46,654 bases of DNA, from NCBI GenBank assembly GCA_025360285.1, contig JANYCM010000266.1, forward strand, positions 1-46,654, in the 5' to 3' direction. Position 1 is the first letter of the stretch. Each line of letters begins with the position of its first letter. This DNA comes from Sphingomonadales bacterium. GTDB lineage: Bacteria; Pseudomonadota; Alphaproteobacteria; Sphingomonadales; Sphingomonadaceae. A program made the translations under genes and the position numbers. Positions 43,153 through 46,654 of the stretch are shown here, piece after piece. Under the pieces are notes generated by a model. It did not search any database. It was not told the origin of the DNA and saw only the letters and a program-made list of their open reading frames with translations.

Positions 43153-43620
43153 ATGACCTTCCAGATCCACCCCCTTGACCCCGCGCCGTTCGCGCCGCTT
43201 TTTGCCCTTGGTGACGCCGAACTTGCCGCGAAACACGCCCGCCGCATCACCGCCACCAGCAACCCCGGATTCCCCTGCCGCGTCAGCCTCGCCGATGCCG
43301 CGGTCGGCGAGACGCTGATCCTCGTCAATCACCAGCATCTGCCCGGCGACACGCCGTTCCGCGCCAGCCATGCCGTCTTCATCCGCGAAGGCGCCCAACC
43401 GGCGCAGCCCGCGCCCGGCGAACTGCCCGAAGCACTGCGCCGCCGTCTGCTGTCGCTGCGTGCTTTTAATGCCCAATCGATGATGATCGACGCCGATGTC
43501 GCTGAAGGTGAAGCCGCCGGCGCCCGCCTGGCGGCATGGTTCGCCCGGCCCGACACGGCGTTCGTGCATCTCCATACGGCGCGGCAGGGCTGCTTTCTGG
43601 CCGCAGCGGTGCCGGCATGA
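43153..43620 (+). CDS. DUF1203-like protein
   Basis: PGFPCRVSL.DA..GE..ILVNH, PFRASHAVFI, LSLRAF, HLHTARQGCF; GGGAG RBS. Confidence 0.8.
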   Translation: MTFQIHPLDPAPFAPLFALGDAELAAKHARRITATSNPGFPCRVSLADAAVGETLILVNHQHLPGDTPFRASHAVFIREGAQPAQPAPGELPEALRRRLLSLRAFNAQSMMIDADVAEGEAAGARLAAWFARPDTAFVHLHTARQGCFLAAAVPA

Positions 43621-44066
43621 TCGGCCTCATCGTCGCCGCCGCGCTTGCCGCCGCCCCAGCCATCGCCGCCACCCCCGCCGACTGGAATCCGGATGCCATC
43701 GTCTGGCAACGCACCAACCCCGATGGCACCCGCTTCGCCCTGCTGGAGGGCAATCGCGACACCCCTGGCACCGCCTTCACCTACGCTTTCTTCATCCCCG
43801 CCGGCGTCTGGGACGCGGCGCACTGGCACAGTGCCACCGCCCGCGTCTTCGTGGCGCGCGGTACACTCCACCTCGGCTATGGCAACCGCCTCGACCGCGC
43901 CCGGGCCCGCGCCTTCCCGGCCGGCAGCTATCTTCTCGTCCCCGCCGGTGCGGCGCATTTCGATGGATCCGACCGCGACACAATCATCATCGGCACCGCC
44001 ACCGGCCTCTGGTCGACGGATTATGTCGATCGGGCAGCCCCGATGTCAGCCGGGACGCCGCACTGA
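43617..44066 (+). CDS. Exported cupin-fold protein
   Basis: Signal peptide; AHWHS...VFVARG.LHLG and FPAGSYLLVPAGAAHFD cupin motifs; overlaps the upstream stop (ATGA). Confidence 0.75.
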   Translation: MIGLIVAAALAAAPAIAATPADWNPDAIVWQRTNPDGTRFALLEGNRDTPGTAFTYAFFIPAGVWDAAHWHSATARVFVARGTLHLGYGNRLDRARARAFPAGSYLLVPAGAAHFDGSDRDTIIIGTATGLWSTDYVDRAAPMSAGTPH

Positions 44067-44093
44067 AGCGTCCCACCCTTGCCGCCCATCAAC

Positions 44094-44111
44094 TGTCATG
44101 CCAATTGGACA
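44094..44111. promoter_or_regulatory. PpsR/CrtJ operator at bchI
   Basis: TGT-CATGCCAATTGG-ACA is a perfect TGT-N12-ACA, 4 bp before ATG 44116. Confidence 0.8.
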
Positions 44112-44115
44112 GTCG

Positions 44116-45132
44116 ATGAAAGCTCCCTTCCCGTTCTCGGCCATTGTCGGCCAAACCGAAATGAAACAGGCGCTGTTGATGGCGGCGGTGGAGCCGCGGC
44201 TGGGCGGCGTCATGGTCTTTGGTGATCGCGGCACCGGCAAATCCACCGCGGTGCGCGCGCTCGCCGCGCTGTTGCCGCCGATGAAAATCGTCGCCGGTTG
44301 CCGCTATGGCTGTGCGCCGGCCGATACCGCGCCGTGCCCCGATGATTGCCGCGCCGCCGCCGGCAAGCGCACTGCCGAGGTGTCGGTGCCCTTCGTCGAT
44401 CTGCCGCTGGGGGCCACCGAGGACCGGGTGGTCGGTGCACTCGATCTCGAACGCGCCCTGGCAACAGGGGAGAAGCGCTTCGAACCCGGCCTGCTCGCCA
44501 AGGCCAATCGCGGCTTTCTGTATATTGACGAGATCAACCTGCTTGAGGATCATCTCGTCGATCTGCTGCTCGATGTCGCTGTCTCGGGCCAGAATCTGGT
44601 GGAACGCGAAGGCCTCAGCATCCGCCATGCGGCGCGCTTCATCCTGGTCGGCTCGGGCAATCCCGAGGAAGGCGAATTGCGGCCGCAATTGCTCGATCGC
44701 TTCGGGCTGTCGGTCGATGTCCGTACGCCCACCGATCTTGCCGACCGGATCGAGATCGTCAAACGCTGCGACCGTTTCGATCGTGATCCCGCGGGCTTTG
44801 CCGAAACCTATGCCGCCGCCGAAACCGCCACGCTCGCTGCCATCGCCAAAGCCCGCAAGCGCCTGCCCGATGTGACGGTCAGCGATGCCATGCTCGAACT
44901 CGGCAGCCGGCTGTGCCAGGCGGTCGGCGCTGATGGCCTGCGCGGCGAATTGACCTTGCTGCGCGCCGCCCGCGCCACCGCGGCGCTGGCCGGCAAAAAG
45001 GCCGTCGCCCCGGCGCATGTCGGTGCCGTCGCGGCGCTGGCGCTGCGCCACCGGCTGCGTCGCAACGTGCTCGATGACACGGGATCGACCAGCCGCATCG
45101 CCCGCGCCGTCGCCGAACTCATCCCGGCGTGA
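44116..45132 (+). CDS. bchI: Magnesium chelatase subunit I
   Basis: FPFSAIVGQ, GDRGTGKST, LPLGATEDRVVG, YIDEINLL, GSGNPEEGELRPQLLDRFG. Confidence 0.96.
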   Translation: MKAPFPFSAIVGQTEMKQALLMAAVEPRLGGVMVFGDRGTGKSTAVRALAALLPPMKIVAGCRYGCAPADTAPCPDDCRAAAGKRTAEVSVPFVDLPLGATEDRVVGALDLERALATGEKRFEPGLLAKANRGFLYIDEINLLEDHLVDLLLDVAVSGQNLVEREGLSIRHAARFILVGSGNPEEGELRPQLLDRFGLSVDVRTPTDLADRIEIVKRCDRFDRDPAGFAETYAAAETATLAAIAKARKRLPDVTVSDAMLELGSRLCQAVGADGLRGELTLLRAARATAALAGKKAVAPAHVGAVAALALRHRLRRNVLDDTGSTSRIARAVAELIPA

Positions 45133-46654
45133 GCGACGAAGCCGCCAGCGCCACTCGCTGGGCACTGGCGTTGACCGCCATTGAACTGATTGCCGAGGCC
45201 GAAAGCCTCGGCGGCATCCTGCTCCGCGCCCGCCCCGGCCCGGTGCGCGATGCCTGGGCGGCGGCACTGGCCAGCGTCATCAGCGTGCGCCGCCTGCCGG
45301 CCAGCGCCGATGCCGAAGCGTTGGATGGCGGCCTGGATCTCACCGCGACGCTCGCCGCCGGGCGGCCGGTTCACAAGGCCGGGCTATTGGCCGACATCGG
45401 CAGCGGCGTGCTGCTCATCCCGATGGCCGAGCGCCTGGCGCCGGCGCTTGCCGCGCGCCTCGCCGGCGCGCTTGATGACGGCGGCCCGCGCCTCGTGCTG
45501 TTCGATGAATCAGAGGCCGGCAGCGACGATCATGTCGCCCCCGCACTCGCCGACCGCCTCGCCATCCATCTCGATCTGACCGAGGTGCGCCTGCCCATGG
45601 CGGCGCTCATCGCCGGCGAAACCGGCTTCCCTCCGCAGGTCGATGACATTGCAGCCGGCGATCCCGTCGCCGATTGCGGTACGGCGCTGGCCAGCGCCGG
45701 CGTCGTCCTTGGCATTGATTCGATCCGCGCCCCGATCCAGGCGCAGCGCGTCGCCCATGCCCATGCAGCGCTGGCTGGCCGCCGCGCCATCGCCGCCGGC
45801 GACATGGAGATCGCCGCGCAACTCGTGCTCGGCCCGCGCGCCACGCGCCCGCCGCCGGGCGAAAGCCCGCCGCCACCCGAAGAAGCCCCGGACCAGCCGC
45901 CCGAACCGCCGCCGTCCAGCGATGACAGCAGCCCGGACAATGACGAGAGCCCTGATCAACTGCCGCCCGATGCCACCGATATCGTCCTCGATGCGGCGCA
46001 GACGGCGCTGCCCCCCGGCCTGCTCGATGCGCTGGCCAAGGGTATTCAATTCAAGGCGCCGGGTGGCGGCAGCAGCGGCGCCAAATTGCGCTCGCTGACC
46101 AGCGGCCGCCCCGCCGGTGTCCGTGCCGGGGCGCCGGGGCGCGGCGCCCGGCTGGCGCTCATCGAAACCATCAAGGCCGCCGCCCCCTGGCAGAAACTGC
46201 GGCCCCGGCGGGATGATGGCCGGCTGGCGATCCGCCATGATGACCTGCGCATCCGGCGCTTTGTCGCCCGCGCCCAGGCCACCACGATATTTGCCGTCGA
46301 TGCCTCGGGCTCCGCCGCCTTCGCCCGGCTGGCCGAGGCCAAGGGCGCCATCGAGCTGTTGCTCGCCGCCGCCTATGTCAAACGCGCCGAGGTGGCGCTG
46401 GTGGCGTTTCGGGGGGAGGCGGCGGAAATCAGCCTGCCGCCGACCCGTTCCCTGGCCCGCGCCAAGCGCGAACTGGCGGCGCTGGCCGGCGGCGGCGGCA
46501 CGCCGCTGGCGGCAGGGATCGATCTCGCCCGGCGGGTGGCCGAGGCCGAACGCACCCGCGGCCGTACGCCGCTGGTCGTCGTCCTCACCGATGGCCGCGC
46601 CAACATCGGTGGCGCACCCGGCGTCACCCCCCAGGCGGCGGCGCTGGCCAGCGC
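45129..46654 (+). CDS. bchD: Magnesium chelatase subunit D (truncated by the window end)
   Basis: Manual translation from GTG 45129: MSDEAASATRW...LGGILLRARPGPVRDAW..., Pro/acidic linker, vWA domain FAVDASGSAA..RLAEAKGAIELLL, GGGGTPLA, LTDGRAN. Confidence 0.93.
   Translation, partial: MSDEAASATRWALALTAIELIAEAESLGGILLRARPGPVRDAWAAALASVISVRRLPASADAEALDGGLDLTATLAAGRPVHKAGLLADIGSGVLLIPMAERLAPALAARLAGALDDGGPRLVLFDESEAGSDDHVAPALADRLAIHLDLTEVRLPMAALIAGETGFPPQVDDIAAGDPVADCGTALASAGVVLGIDSIRAPIQAQRVAHAHAALAGRRAIAAGDMEIAAQLVLGPRATRPPPGESPPPPEEAPDQPPEPPPSSDDSSPDNDESPDQLPPDATDIVLDAAQTALPPGLLDALAKGIQFKAPGGGSSGAKLRSLTSGRPAGVRAGAPGRGARLALIETIKAAAPWQKLRPRRDDGRLAIRHDDLRIRRFVARAQATTIFAVDASGSAAFARLAEAKGAIELLLAAAYVKRAEVALVAFRGEAAEISLPPTRSLARAKRELAALAGGGGTPLAAGIDLARRVAEAERTRGRTPLVVVLTDGRANIGGAPGVTPQAAALAS

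Noticed and set aside
45850-45960. Pro/acidic low-complexity stretch in bchD
   Set aside because: Normal BchD linker between the AAA-like and vWA domains.

Overview
GC-rich alphaproteobacterial DNA. The gene content and order look Sphingomonadales-like and suggest an aerobic anoxygenic phototroph (inference). 1-10.6 kb: partial aldo/keto reductase, a TonB-dependent receptor, a pgaB-pgaC-pgaD (PNAG exopolysaccharide) operon with no pgaA, a small membrane protein, a beta-helix protein, a GlpQ-type phosphodiesterase, two PaaI thioesterases and SufE. 10.7-16.0 kb: an expanded phage-shock locus (pspF divergent from a sigma54 promoter, a small ORF, pspA, pspB, a short pspC, pspC and six paralogous small single-TM coiled-coil proteins in an apparent A-B-C-A-B-C order). 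It is bracketed by two ~140-bp palindromic repeats. 16-20.3 kb: yciB, ccmAB and a second TonB-dependent receptor. From 20.7 kb to the window end: a photosynthesis gene cluster (tspO-bchP-pucC-like-bchG-ppsR-ppaA / bchFNBHLM-lhaA-puhABC-bciE-acsF-puhE-hemA, two inserted genes, bchI, partial bchD) with PpsR operators. A related palindromic element is translated in-frame inside bchB. The strongest candidate for an undescribed system is the Psp-associated paralog array. All calls come from reading the sequence and recognising motifs; no searches were run.
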